Of a stretch of DNA of 64,000 bases, positions 8,752 through 18,882 are shown piece by piece (the stretch's first letter is position 1; each line of letters opens with the position of its first letter). The stretch comes from Candidatus Krumholzibacteriota bacterium (GTDB taxonomy: Bacteria; Krumholzibacteriota; Krumholzibacteriia; JAJRXK01): assembly GCA_963764625.1 (NCBI GenBank), contig CAVXTH010000006.1:288001-352000 (forward strand). The letters are read 5' to 3'. A program made the position numbers and the translations under genes. The notes beneath the pieces were generated by a model. That model saw nothing but the letters and a program-made list of their open reading frames with translations, was not told the origin of the DNA and searched no databases.

Positions 8752-9255
8752 ATGGTCAAGGCCGATTGGTCGATCTTCGAAGAGGACTACTGGGCCATCA
8801 ACAGTATCCTCTCCGATTTGCTCAAGAGCAGCAATTCGCGTTCGACGCTTCTCATCGACCGCACGGGACAGCTCATCAGCAAGGTGGGGATGCCACCGGA
8901 CTTCGATATGATGTCCTTCGCCAGTCTCTGTGCCGCGGATTTCGAAGCAAACAATCAACTGGCCCAGCTCATCGGAGAAAAGGACTTCTCGACCCTCTAC
9001 CACCAGGGTGCCGAGGAGAGCATGTATCTGAGCAAAATCGTTCGGGACGTGATTCTCGTGGTCCTCTTCGACAAGAGCACGACGCTCGGCCTGGTGCGCC
9101 TGAGGGTCAAGCGGGCAGTGGGGGAACTGTCTACCATCGTGGAGAGCTTGTTCCAGAAACTCGAGTATCGGAACGAAGAGTACGATACGCCGCTCATGGA
9201 TGAAGAGTTCACCAAGGAAGTCGAGGCTGAAATCGATAGCCTCTTCGCAGACTAG
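8752..9255 (+). CDS. mglB: Roadblock/LC7 protein, MglB-type GAP
   Basis: LLIDRTGQLI, FASL.AADF.AN.QLA.LIGE.DF, LVVLFD..TTLGLVRLR, C-terminal EIDSLF helix; adjacent to mglA. Confidence 0.92.
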   Translation: MVKADWSIFEEDYWAINSILSDLLKSSNSRSTLLIDRTGQLISKVGMPPDFDMMSFASLCAADFEANNQLAQLIGEKDFSTLYHQGAEESMYLSKIVRDVILVVLFDKSTTLGLVRLRVKRAVGELSTIVESLFQKLEYRNEEYDTPLMDEEFTKEVEAEIDSLFAD

Positions 9256-9276
9256 AGCCACCCAGGGGATGAATCC

Positions 9277-9855
9277 GTGTCGCTGATCAATTACAGCTCT
9301 CGCGAGATCAACTGCAAAATCGTCTACTACGGTCCTGGTCTGGGCGGGAAGACCACGAACATCCAGTACGTCTACGACAAGGTGTCACCGGATACCAAGG
9401 GCAAGCTCGTTACTCTGGCGACCGAGATGGATCGAACCCTCTTCTTCGATTTTCTGCCCCTCGAGCTCGGGACCGTGAAGGGATTCAAGACTCGCTTTCA
9501 TCTCTACACCGTTCCGGGACAGGTGTACTACAACGCGTCGCGAAAGCTCATTCTGCGAGGCGTCGACGGCATCGTCTTCGTGGCCGACAGCGACGAAAAT
9601 CGGATCGACGCCAACATCGAGTGCCTGTACAACCTCCACGAGAACCTGGCGGAACATAACTTGAAGCTCGAGGAACTTCCCTTCGTGCTGCAATGGAACA
9701 AACGCGATCTGCCCAGCGCTCTTCCCGTGGCGAATCTGGAGGAAGAGTTGAATCCGGAGAAGCACGCCGCGTTCGAAGCGGTGGCGGTCAAGGGCCAGGG
9801 AGTCTTCGAGACTCTGAAACAAGTTTCCAAGATGGTGTTGCACAAGCTCAACTGA
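9277..9855 (+). CDS. mglA: MglA small Ras-like GTPase
   Basis: [43 protein letters not shown]. Confidence 0.96.
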   Translation: MSLINYSSREINCKIVYYGPGLGGKTTNIQYVYDKVSPDTKGKLVTLATEMDRTLFFDFLPLELGTVKGFKTRFHLYTVPGQVYYNASRKLILRGVDGIVFVADSDENRIDANIECLYNLHENLAEHNLKLEELPFVLQWNKRDLPSALPVANLEEELNPEKHAAFEAVAVKGQGVFETLKQVSKMVLHKLN

Positions 9856-9913
9856 GCTTTCCGTTCCTTAGGGAAACGAAAAGACACCATCCAGCTCCGG
9901 GCGAGGCGCCCCC

Positions 9914-12008
9914 CTACCTGAGGCCATTTGGCTGACTGCGTGGAGGGGCGCCTTTATTGTCGTGTGCCGTCGGTAAACCGGAAAGGTGCCTCGTCCAGAT
10001 TTGAAACTTCGAAGTCTTCGCATCGACTTCCTGGAATCCACACTCCGAGCTGGCCGAAAAGGCGTGGTTGGTTTGCTGGTCGAGGTTCTCTACACACCAC
10101 CCATCGATGGAATTACGCTCTGCGAGGGCGCAGATGCTCTTTGAGCTGTGGAGACGGTTATCCGGTTGGGAGACCGAACCCATGAGCGCGCGGCGGAACT
10201 CCAACTCGGTCGAGTCGACGCGAAGTGCCAAATAGCATTGATAGTACAAGCGAGTATAGAGAGGGTATACCGGCTTGCTAAAGGTGGGTACCCAGACCGC
10301 GACTTGTTCAGGGGCGATCACCTGTGCGCCCGCATCGACGCTGTTCACGAGACACTTTGCGGCCTCATAAGTCTTCCATCGGCGCCTTCACCCGCGGCGG
10401 CCAGTGCCACTCGTTCCCGTTCTGCGCCGCTAGCGTCGTACGCCCCACACTCGTCGACAGCAGCCAGGCCGCGAACACCGCGGTGACTTCCCATTGGAAT
10501 CTCTTTCTCGACTCCAGGATCACGAGGGGAGCGCAGAGTCCGACTGCGATGAAGTGGGGCAGCGGAATGGCCCAGAAGGCACGGAACCAAACATCGTGGC
10601 TTTGGGGCGTCGTGGCGAAGAGACGCACTGCGATCGGATTGAAAGCCAGGAGGAAGAAAGCGAGCGGTAAGACGACCATCATGCGCGCGACGCGCCGATC
10701 GCGAGGGATGCTCCATGCGCTGAACATGAAGAACAGTGCGAGTAATCGCATCCGGCCCTGACCCAGGGTCACCCTGATACTGTCGACCAGGACATAAGAA
10801 TGATCGGCGGCCCCGCTGGTGGGAGGGCACACCTTCAAGAGGGCCGTGGACATGGCGTGCATGGGAGAAGCCAGGACTGCGACCATGAGCAAGGGATAGA
10901 ACGAGGCAAAAAGTCCCAAAATCACCCGACGATCGAGGCGACGATCCCACGAGCCCAATATCGAGAGCCAGGCCACCGCCGGGGCCAGGAAGACGGCGCT
11001 GAAGTTCATACCCACCGCCATGATCTGGGACGCGAACAAGAGAAAGGCATTGGCTCTCGTCGGTTGTTTCGTGTAGCGCAAGGCGTAGGCTGCAATGAGT
11101 GGAAGCGCCACCGTCACGAGGGCGCTCTTTCCCTGCTGCATACGAACGAAGGCGAAGTTGCCGTACGAGGCGTGCGCGTCGCCCATGCACACGAGCACCA
11201 CGAGCCCCAGGACCGTCGCGAGCAACCAATAGTGGGGGAGGAGTTTCTTCAGAAGAAGGGAGATCGCGAAGGGGGCAAGGAACGCTGCGAAGCAGGCCAG
11301 AATCCAGTGCAGGGCCAGGATGGGGGCGATACCCGTGACGCAGCTGATTGCGGCGGCGAGGGGTTCCCACGAGTGAATTCGATACCCAGGTAGTATCACC
11401 GGCTGGTTGGGGAACCCGAAGATTCCATCGTGCTGGAGGAAAGGCGCGTGTGGATTCTCTGCCGCTCGGGCTGCCACGTTGATATAGAAGCAATCGTCCG
11501 CGTCGGGGCGGTGCGCTGCGAGGGTGAGGATCAAAAGAGCCACTCCGAGAACCAGAAGTGCAGGATCTCCCCCCCGGTGCGGTTGGGTCGCTTGGCGAGG
11601 CCGGCGGTAGGTGGAGATGAGAGCGCCCAGAAGAAGGACGATTCCGGCCTGCGCCAGGAGGCTGGGATCCTGATGCAGAGCGAAGAGCACGACGACCCCG
11701 AACGCACCGAGGGCGGCGCAGGCGATGCGAAACAGGTCGGATTGGAAGAAGCGTCGAGATCTCTCGGGCGCGGGCTCGACCAGGGTCTCGGGAAATTCGG
11801 TCTCGTCCAACCAGCCCAGGGAGGACTTGCCGCTGCGGTGTCGCGCGAGGGCGAGAAGCCCTAGAACCGTGAGACACACCATATAGGCCGCAATCAAGAG
11901 ACCGAGCGACAGGCCGATCCAAACGGCGAGGTTGCAGAGCACGGTCCAGAGAGCGAGCAGGAGCACGACGACCCCGCAGATTCTCTCGGCCATACCCTTC
12001 AGTGTCAT
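9914..12008 (-). CDS. Multi-TM GT-C-like membrane protein (DUF6077-type), split by a +1 frameshift near 10369
   Basis: RPDADDCFY acidic loop motif after the N-terminal TMs, WEPLAA, YGNF.F.R.QQGK, many TMs. Removing one T from GAC TTA TGA gives MEDYEAAKCLVNSVDAGAQVIAPEQVAVW, joining ORF 10365-12008 to ORF 9914-10348. Confidence 0.65.
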
Positions 12009-12098
12009 GCGATGCCCTCGCGGCAGGTCTTCCGTGGGTCAATTTGGGCCAGTATTACCCGAGCAGGGGTGAGAGCGGCAAGCAGAAGCTTCGCGATC

Positions 12099-12127
12099 TT
12101 GACCGTGGACGCGCGCGCACCTACCCT
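12099..12127 (+). promoter_or_regulatory. Sigma70 promoter predicted to give a leaderless pgpA mRNA
   Basis: TTGACC, 17 bp, TACCCT, then 6 nt to ATG 12134; no SD sequence. Confidence 0.55.
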
Positions 12128-12133
12128 GCCTCC

Positions 12134-12580
12134 ATGAAACGCCGTTTTGGTCACATTTTCGGGACCTTCTTCGGAGTCGGCTTCGTGCCGGTCGTGCCTG
12201 CCACCTGGACCAGCCTGGTGGTGGCGATCCTTTTTTTCGTGGTGCCGGTGCAGGACGCTCGTCTACAAATTCTCTTCATCGTTTTCGCGCTCGTGACCGG
12301 GATTCCCGCCTGTGGATTCCTGGAAGAGGAATTCGGAGAGGACCCCAAGCAGGCGACGATGGACGAAGCCGCGGGAATGGCGATCACTCTGCTCGCGGTT
12401 CCTCTGACTCCCCTCAACGTCTTCGTGGCTTTCGTTCTCTTCCGCGTGTTCGACGTACTCAAACCCCAACCGGCGCGATGGGCAGAGAGCCTGCACGGAG
12501 GTTTGGGAATCATGGCGGACGATCTCATAGCCGGGGTCTATGCACGAGCCGTCATGGCGGTGCTCCTGTGGCTGCTTTGA
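12134..12580 (+). CDS. pgpA: Phosphatidylglycerophosphatase A
   Basis: TFFGVG, DP....DEAAG, LFRVFDVLKP.P, GGLGIMADDL.AG; upstream of cinA. Confidence 0.9.
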   Translation: MKRRFGHIFGTFFGVGFVPVVPATWTSLVVAILFFVVPVQDARLQILFIVFALVTGIPACGFLEEEFGEDPKQATMDEAAGMAITLLAVPLTPLNVFVAFVLFRVFDVLKPQPARWAESLHGGLGIMADDLIAGVYARAVMAVLLWLL

Positions 12581-13836
12581 ATCGCCTTCGGGCCGTCGGC
12601 CTGGTCATGGTGGGGGACGAGATCCTCGATGGGCGGACTCTCGAGACCAACTCCCGGTATCTCATCGAGAGGCTTCGGAGACATCGCGCTAGCGTCGCCT
12701 CCATCCGAATCGTGGCGGATCGGCACGAGGCAATCGTCGAAGCTCTCCGCGAGGCCCAAAGAGAATGCGTGGCCGTGGTGGTCAGCGGTGGGCTCGGACC
12801 CACTCCCGATGACCGCACGCGCGAAGCGTTGGCCGCATTCGTGGATGAACCGCTGGTGCTCGACGAGACACTGGTCGAGAACCTGAAGCAGAGATACCAG
12901 GCGCGCAATCGTCCCATGCCGCAGAGCAATCTGCGCCAAGCGATGAGGACGGTCCATGGGCGCTCCATCGACAACCCGCGCGGCACCGCCCCTGGTCTCT
13001 TGCACCTGTGCGAGGGCGTTCCCATCATCCTGCTCCCCGGCGTCCCGGCCGAATTGAAATCGATGTGGGAGGCTACCGCGGAAAGCATCGTGTTTCCCCT
13101 GGTGGAAAACTCGGCCCCCGAGATCTTGCGACTACGCACCGCACGTCTTTCCGAATCGGTCGCGGCCGATCTGGCCAAGAGCATCGATCTCGACCCCACG
13201 CTCTGCGATCTTTCGTTCTGCGTGACTCGCTTCGGAGTCGATGTGTTGCTCACCAGCAAGAGAGAGAGAACCGATCTGTCGCCACTCGCGCGCCCGCTGG
13301 TGGAGGCGCTCGGTGAGAGTCTCTACGCCGTGGGTGAGCGCGGACTCGACGAGGTGGTCAGCGAATCACTCGCCTCCAGAGAGGAGACGGTGGCCGTGGC
13401 CGAGTCCTGCACTGGAGGACTCTTGGGGGCCGCTCTCAGTGCGTGGCCCGGAAGCAGCCGCAGCTTCCTGGGTGGAATCGTGGCGTACTCCAATCAGGTC
13501 AAAGAGGAGCAGCTCGGCCTGAGTGCCGCCCTGCTGGCCGAGCACGGAGCGGTGAGCCGCGAAGTGGCTCAGGCCATGGCACGCGGAGTCCGCAATCGGC
13601 TCGGCTCGGACTGGGCGCTGGCGATCACCGGGATCGCCGGCCCCGAGGGCGACACGAGTGGAAAGCCGGTGGGCACGGTCCATATTGCGCTGGAAGGCGC
13701 CACCCACTCCGATTCCCTTCTGCTTCACCTTCCCGGCGACCGCGCGCAGAACCGACAGTGGAGTGTCGCTGCCGCCCTCGACCTTCTGCGCCGCGCCATG
13801 GGGGTCAGCGTGTCCGCCGATTCACTCTCGCGATGA
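12577..13836 (+). CDS. cinA: CinA competence/damage-inducible protein (COG1058 domain plus NMN deamidase)
   Basis: VGDEILDG...TN, GGLGPTPDDRT, NP.GTAPG, LPGVP.E; AESCTGG, HGAVS, ITGIAGP; TTGA overlap with pgpA. Confidence 0.93.
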   Translation: MNRLRAVGLVMVGDEILDGRTLETNSRYLIERLRRHRASVASIRIVADRHEAIVEALREAQRECVAVVVSGGLGPTPDDRTREALAAFVDEPLVLDETLVENLKQRYQARNRPMPQSNLRQAMRTVHGRSIDNPRGTAPGLLHLCEGVPIILLPGVPAELKSMWEATAESIVFPLVENSAPEILRLRTARLSESVAADLAKSIDLDPTLCDLSFCVTRFGVDVLLTSKRERTDLSPLARPLVEALGESLYAVGERGLDEVVSESLASREETVAVAESCTGGLLGAALSAWPGSSRSFLGGIVAYSNQVKEEQLGLSAALLAEHGAVSREVAQAMARGVRNRLGSDWALAITGIAGPEGDTSGKPVGTVHIALEGATHSDSLLLHLPGDRAQNRQWSVAAALDLLRRAMGVSVSADSLSR

Positions 13837-14396
13837 GGCTCTTTCTCGCCGTCGTTCCACCCGGCTCGATTCGCCGTGAAGTGGCACTCGCGGTGGAGGA
13901 ATTCGCGCGCCGCGGCGTGGGCCACTTCGTGATCGAGGACAATCTCCATCTCAGCCTGAAGTTTCTGGGAGAGACGCCTGACACTCTCGTCCCCCGCATC
14001 CAAGAGGCCACCGAAGCCTGTTTGCACCGCGCGCCTTTCGAACTCCAGTGGGGGGGAGTGGGCGTATTTCCCAATCCCTCTCGCGCGCGAGTGGTCTATC
14101 TGAGCGTGGGCTCGGAGCGGGACGAGCTGCTCGTGCTGGCACGCGATCTGACGGAGAGCCTCCGCCGCGAGCTTCCTGGCAAGAAAGAGCTGCAAGACGG
14201 CCGGCCCTTCCGCGGCCACCTCACTCTTGCCCGATTCAAGCAACCACCTCCGGATTCCTACCTGGAGGAGCTGCGGAATGAGCTGACCCCGCTCTCGTGG
14301 CGCAGCACTCTCTCGTCGGTGGTTTTGGTGCGGAGCGTCTTGAGGCCGCAGGGCGCGCATTACACGGCGCTTTCCGAGCATTCCCTAGGGGATTGA
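13833..14396 (+). CDS. thpR: RNA 2',3'-cyclic phosphodiesterase (2H family)
   Basis: MRLFLAV, two HxS/T motifs (HLSLKFLG, HLTLAR); sits between cinA and recA. Confidence 0.92.
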   Translation: MRLFLAVVPPGSIRREVALAVEEFARRGVGHFVIEDNLHLSLKFLGETPDTLVPRIQEATEACLHRAPFELQWGGVGVFPNPSRARVVYLSVGSERDELLVLARDLTESLRRELPGKKELQDGRPFRGHLTLARFKQPPPDSYLEELRNELTPLSWRSTLSSVVLVRSVLRPQGAHYTALSEHSLGD

Positions 14397-14415
14397 ATCC
14401 CGCCCGCCGGCCGCC

Positions 14416-14444
14416 TTGCGTAAGGTGGAAGCGCGTGCTAGAGT
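14416..14444 (+). promoter_or_regulatory. Putative recA promoter
   Basis: TTGCGT, 17 bp, TAGAGT, with an extended TGn element. Confidence 0.55.
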
Positions 14445-14545
14445 GCCGCTTGCGGCGTCGATCCGGGCTACCCCACGGGCTCGGTCTCTCTTTCGACAAT
14501 CCTCCCGAGAGATGTACATCCAGCTTCCACCAGGAAGGGTAATTC

Positions 14546-15655
14546 ATGGCTAAGGACTTAAGAGACGACCGCCTCCAAGCACTGGAACTCACGAGAGCCC
14601 AAATCGAAAAACAATACGGCAAGGGCGCGCTCATGCGCCTGGGAGATGAAGGCGCCGTCGACGACGTCATTCCCATCTCCACCGGAAGCGTCTCCCTCGA
14701 CATCGCCATCGGCATTGGAGGCTTGCCTCGAGGGCGAGTGTCCGAAGTCTACGGCCCCGAGGGAAGCGGCAAGACGACCCTTTGTCTTTCCGTCATTGCC
14801 AATGCGCAACGCGAGGGAGGGATGGCGGCATTCATCGACGCCGAGCACGCGATGGATCCCATCTACGCACGCCGCTTGGGGGTGGATATCGACAATCTGC
14901 TCGTCAGCCAACCCGATACCGGCGAGCAGGCCCTGGAGATCACGGAGATGCTGGTCCGTAGCGGCGCCCTCGATGTCATCGTCATCGATTCGGTGGCCGC
15001 ATTGGTGCCCCGCGCGGAGATCGAGGGCGAGATGGGTGATCAGCATGTGGGCTTGCAGGCCAGGCTCATGAGCCAAGCCCTCCGCAAACTCACCGGCGCG
15101 ATCAAGAAGACCAATACGATGGTGATCTTCACCAACCAAATCCGTATGAAGATCGGAGTGATGTTCGGCAACCCCGAGACGACTTCCGGAGGAAATGCGC
15201 TCAAGTTCTATGCTTCAGTGCGCCTGGACATCCGGCGCATCGGGGGAATCACCGAAGGTGAGAAGGTCACGGGGAATCGCGTGCGCGTGAAAGTAGTGAA
15301 GAACAAGGTCGCTCCGCCGTTCAAGAAGTGCGAGTTCGACATTCTCTACAACGAAGGCATTTCCTTCGAAGGCGATCTCATCGACCTGGGAGTCGAGGGG
15401 AATTTGATCAAGAAAAGCGGCGCATGGTTCTCGTACGGTGAGGAACGACTGGGGCAAGGGCGCGAAAACGTACGGATCTTCCTCCAGGAAAACACTGACT
15501 TGCGCGCGAAGATCCAGAAGGATGTATTCGAGCACTACGGAATCCCCATGCCCAAAGCCAAAGGCGAGAGGCCGGCGTTGCAGGAGCTTCCGAAATCCTC
15601 CTCCGCCGATGCTTCCCGACACAAGAGCCGTAAGGCGAAGAGTTCGGCGGCGTGA
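14546..15655 (+). CDS. recA: Recombinase RecA
   Basis: [49 protein letters not shown]. Confidence 0.99.
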   Translation: MAKDLRDDRLQALELTRAQIEKQYGKGALMRLGDEGAVDDVIPISTGSVSLDIAIGIGGLPRGRVSEVYGPEGSGKTTLCLSVIANAQREGGMAAFIDAEHAMDPIYARRLGVDIDNLLVSQPDTGEQALEITEMLVRSGALDVIVIDSVAALVPRAEIEGEMGDQHVGLQARLMSQALRKLTGAIKKTNTMVIFTNQIRMKIGVMFGNPETTSGGNALKFYASVRLDIRRIGGITEGEKVTGNRVRVKVVKNKVAPPFKKCEFDILYNEGISFEGDLIDLGVEGNLIKKSGAWFSYGEERLGQGRENVRIFLQENTDLRAKIQKDVFEHYGIPMPKAKGERPALQELPKSSSADASRHKSRKAKSSAA

Positions 15656-16311
15656 ACCGAAGCGATGAAGCGGTCGATCTCACCGGCTGGGACGAGGATT
15701 CCCGAGCCGGGAGCATCACAGTCCACACGAGCGACGGGGCCATCTTCGAGGTGGCCCCGTCGGCGCCTGAACTCAAAGGCCTCGCGCTAGGAAGCCCCCT
15801 CTCGGCGCAACAGCTGGCTGCCCTCGGCTTTGCCGCCACGCGCAAGCAGGTGGCCAAGTCGGCCTTGAAGCTGCTGAATCGGCGCTTCTACTCCTCCTCA
15901 CGCCTGCGGACCCGACTGGTGCAGAGGGACTTTCCCCCGGACGCGGTGGACGTGGTGCTTGGAGAGCTCGCCCGCCAGGGGCTCCTCGATGACCGGCGCT
16001 TCGCGCAGGCGTGGTGTCACGATCAGCTGTTACGGCGGCCAGTGGGTCCGCGCTGGTTGCGCAGCGGCCTTCGCGGTCAGGGGGTCGCCGACGATGCCAT
16101 CGAGGACGCTCTGGCCTCGCTCTTTTCGGGCGACCGCGAGAGGGAGGCCTGCGGACGCGCCCTCGCGACGCGCCACTATTCGCTAAGCGACGAGAAGGGA
16201 AGAGCACGGGCCATGCGCTTTCTGGCCAGCCGTGGATTCTCCGCCTCGTTGGCCCGTGAGCTGATCTTCGAGGCCTCCGAGCGCTTGGAAGCTCGGGAGG
16301 AAGATGCGTGA
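15652..16311 (+). CDS. recX: Regulatory protein RecX
   Basis: [27 protein letters not shown]...G, RFLASRGF; overlaps the recA stop. Confidence 0.88.
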   Translation: MNRSDEAVDLTGWDEDSRAGSITVHTSDGAIFEVAPSAPELKGLALGSPLSAQQLAALGFAATRKQVAKSALKLLNRRFYSSSRLRTRLVQRDFPPDAVDVVLGELARQGLLDDRRFAQAWCHDQLLRRPVGPRWLRSGLRGQGVADDAIEDALASLFSGDREREACGRALATRHYSLSDEKGRARAMRFLASRGFSASLARELIFEASERLEAREEDA

Positions 16312-17480
16312 GCACAGCCGAGGATTCGCTGCCGAAGGATCTGCGGGTGGCCTTGGTCCACGATTGGCTCAATGGCTACCGGGGGGGAGAGAAAGTCCTT
16401 CACGCCCTCTGCCGAATCTTTCCTCAGGCCGAACTCTTCACGCTCTTCTACCTCAAAGGCTCGAGTCACCCCGAGATCGAGAACCGGCCCGTTCATACCT
16501 CCTGGATGAACCGGCTTCCCGGCATTCAGAGCAGGTATCGGTACCTACTGCCCGCGTTTCCCACTTGGGTCGATCATCTCGATCTGAGCCGTTTCGATCT
16601 GGTGGTGAGCACCAGCCACTGCGTGGCCAAGGGCGCCAAGGCGGGACCCGACGCGGTTCATGTGTGTTACTGCTTCACCCCAATGCGCTACGTGTGGGAT
16701 CGCTTCGAGGACTACTTCGGCCACACGAAGGGCCTCAAGCGCCGGCTCATCGAATGGCAGTCTGCGAGGCTGCGCGCATGGGACCGGCGCACCGCCTCCC
16801 GGGTGGATCGCTTCCTGGCCGACAGCACCTTCGTGCGGCAGCGCATCCTGCGTTACTACGCCGCCGATCCCCAGCGAGTCGAGGTTCTCTTCCCGCCCGT
16901 GGATCTCGCCGCCTTTCCACCTCCACCCAAAGAGTCCAAACGCGAGGACCGCTACCTCGTGGTCTCGGCTCTGGTTCCGTACAAGAAAATCGATGACGCC
17001 GTCGAGGCCTGCGCCGGCAGCGGACGTCGTCTCACCGTGGCGGGCACCGGACCCGAGCTGTCTCGGCTCGAGGCCCTGGTGAAGCAGCACGGAGCCGGCG
17101 ACCGGATCGAGTTCTTGGGGTACGTGCACGACGAAGACCTTCCCGCCCTGATGGCGAGCCACCGGGCCTTTCTCTTCCCCGGGGTGGAGGACTTCGGAAT
17201 TACACCCTTGGAAGCCGCGGCCTCGGGTCTTCCCGTCCTGGCGCTGGGAGAGGGCGGTGCCCTCGATACCGTGGTCGACGGGGTGACGGGACGTCTGTAC
17301 AAAGAGCCCGGGGTTCGGGGTTTGCTCAACGCGCTCGAGGAATTCGAGACCGAAAACCGCAACTACGACCCACAGGCCATGCGGGCGCACGCCAAGAATT
17401 TCTCTCTGACGAGCTTTCTTCGAGAGTTGGAGCAACGCGTAGCCTTCGCATACCATCAGGGACCCGTGCGAGGGGACTGA
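16308..17480 (+). CDS. GT4 glycosyltransferase (WbaZ-like mannosyltransferase family)
   Basis: ALVHDWL.GYRGGEKV, HVCYCFTPMRYVWD, EDFGITPLEAAASG.PV. Confidence 0.9.
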   Translation: MSTAEDSLPKDLRVALVHDWLNGYRGGEKVLHALCRIFPQAELFTLFYLKGSSHPEIENRPVHTSWMNRLPGIQSRYRYLLPAFPTWVDHLDLSRFDLVVSTSHCVAKGAKAGPDAVHVCYCFTPMRYVWDRFEDYFGHTKGLKRRLIEWQSARLRAWDRRTASRVDRFLADSTFVRQRILRYYAADPQRVEVLFPPVDLAAFPPPPKESKREDRYLVVSALVPYKKIDDAVEACAGSGRRLTVAGTGPELSRLEALVKQHGAGDRIEFLGYVHDEDLPALMASHRAFLFPGVEDFGITPLEAAASGLPVLALGEGGALDTVVDGVTGRLYKEPGVRGLLNALEEFETENRNYDPQAMRAHAKNFSLTSFLRELEQRVAFAYHQGPVRGD

Positions 17481-17489
17481 GGTGCCGTC

Positions 17490-18863
17490 ATGGTCAAGAC
17501 GCGAATCGGACGAAGGCGAGACCTACTGAGGCCGACGCTCTTTTTGCTCGGAGATCTCATCGCCTTGGAGGCGGCGTTTCTCTGCAGCTACGCGCTGAGG
17601 TTTCAAAGCGGATGGTTCGCGGTTCCTTTGGGGGTGCCGGCTCTCGGTCCCTACCTCGTGACCAGTCTCGTACTCATGGTCATCTGGGTGGGAATCTTCT
17701 ACTCCGAGGGTCTCTACGATCCCACGCGGAGAACCTGGTTCGAGGAAGATCTGGCCGCTCTGGGACGCGGCGTCGTGGTGGGGAGCCTGGTGGTCCTGGC
17801 GCTGGCGTTCTTCGTGCGCGAGATGAGTTACTCCCGGACCTTCTTCGGGCTCTTCTTCTGGATGAGTCTTTTCTTTCTCATCCTCGAGCGACTTTTCATT
17901 CGCGTGATTCTGCGGCGCCTGTACCGCCGGGGCGTGGGAGCATTGAGCGTGCTTCTGGTGGGCAACACCAGCATGGCCAAGCGGATCGCGGAAACCTACG
18001 AGCGCCTTCCCGGTCTGGGCTTCAAGGTGGTGGGCCAGACCAGCCAGCTCGATCCGGACGCGGTGGAAGCCAAGATGATCGAGCTCGGGGCGGACACGGT
18101 GGTGCTGGCGCTCTCCTTCGAGGATCTTCGCACGGCGGCGGACATCGCCGAGCGTCTGGGTGGCCATCACGTCGACGTGTTCTTCGTTCCGGACATGGAT
18201 CGCCTTCGCGTGAGCCGCATGCGCCTCAGCGAGATCGCGGGCATTCCCTTCATCAGTTTGCGCGGGTGCGGGCTGTCGGGGATGGACCGGATCATCAAGC
18301 GCACATTCGACATCGTGTCGTCGGCGCTGGCTCTGCTGCTGCTCTCTCCGCTCTTGCTCCTGCTCGCGATTCTGGTGAAATCGAATTCACCGGGTCCCGT
18401 GTTGTATCGGCAGGAGCGGCTGGGCCGCGAAAATCGACCGTTCTCGATGCTCAAGTTTCGCACCATGCGGCGCGACGCGGAGACACAGTCGGGTCCGGTG
18501 TGGACGGTGGAGAACGATCCGCGGCGCACGTGGGTCGGGAGCGTGTTGCGGCGATTCAGTCTCGACGAGTTGCCGCAGCTGTGGAATGTTCTCAAGGGAG
18601 ACATGAGCATGGTGGGTCCGCGCCCGGAGAGGACCCACTTCGCGGAGGAATTCGATCGGAGGGTCCCCCGTTATCTCGAACGGCATCGAGTGCGGAGCGG
18701 ACTCACGGGCTGGGCACAGGTGAACGGTTTGAGGGGCAATACACCCATCGAGGACCGGACGCTCTACGATTTGCACTACGTGGAGAATTGGTCGCTGGGC
18801 TTCGACCTCCGCGTCCTTCTGCGCACTGTGAAGAGCGTGATCAAAGGCGACAACGCCTACTAG
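17490..18863 (+). CDS. Undecaprenyl-phosphate sugar phosphotransferase (WcaJ/WbaP large PGT)
   Basis: Four N-terminal TMs, KRTFD, KFRTM, intact SLDELPQLWNVLKGDMSMVGPRPER, GLTGWAQVNG. Confidence 0.93.
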   Translation: MVKTRIGRRRDLLRPTLFLLGDLIALEAAFLCSYALRFQSGWFAVPLGVPALGPYLVTSLVLMVIWVGIFYSEGLYDPTRRTWFEEDLAALGRGVVVGSLVVLALAFFVREMSYSRTFFGLFFWMSLFFLILERLFIRVILRRLYRRGVGALSVLLVGNTSMAKRIAETYERLPGLGFKVVGQTSQLDPDAVEAKMIELGADTVVLALSFEDLRTAADIAERLGGHHVDVFFVPDMDRLRVSRMRLSEIAGIPFISLRGCGLSGMDRIIKRTFDIVSSALALLLLSPLLLLLAILVKSNSPGPVLYRQERLGRENRPFSMLKFRTMRRDAETQSGPVWTVENDPRRTWVGSVLRRFSLDELPQLWNVLKGDMSMVGPRPERTHFAEEFDRRVPRYLERHRVRSGLTGWAQVNGLRGNTPIEDRTLYDLHYVENWSLGFDLRVLLRTVKSVIKGDNAY

Positions 18864-18882
18864 GCCGAAGGGATAGTCGACG

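Noticed and set aside
10360-10375. Selenocysteine readthrough or prfB-like shift at GAC TTA TGA (selA is in the window)
   Set aside because: The continuation is in a different frame, so UGA readthrough cannot join the parts, and the context is not the CTT-TGA-C plus internal SD signal.
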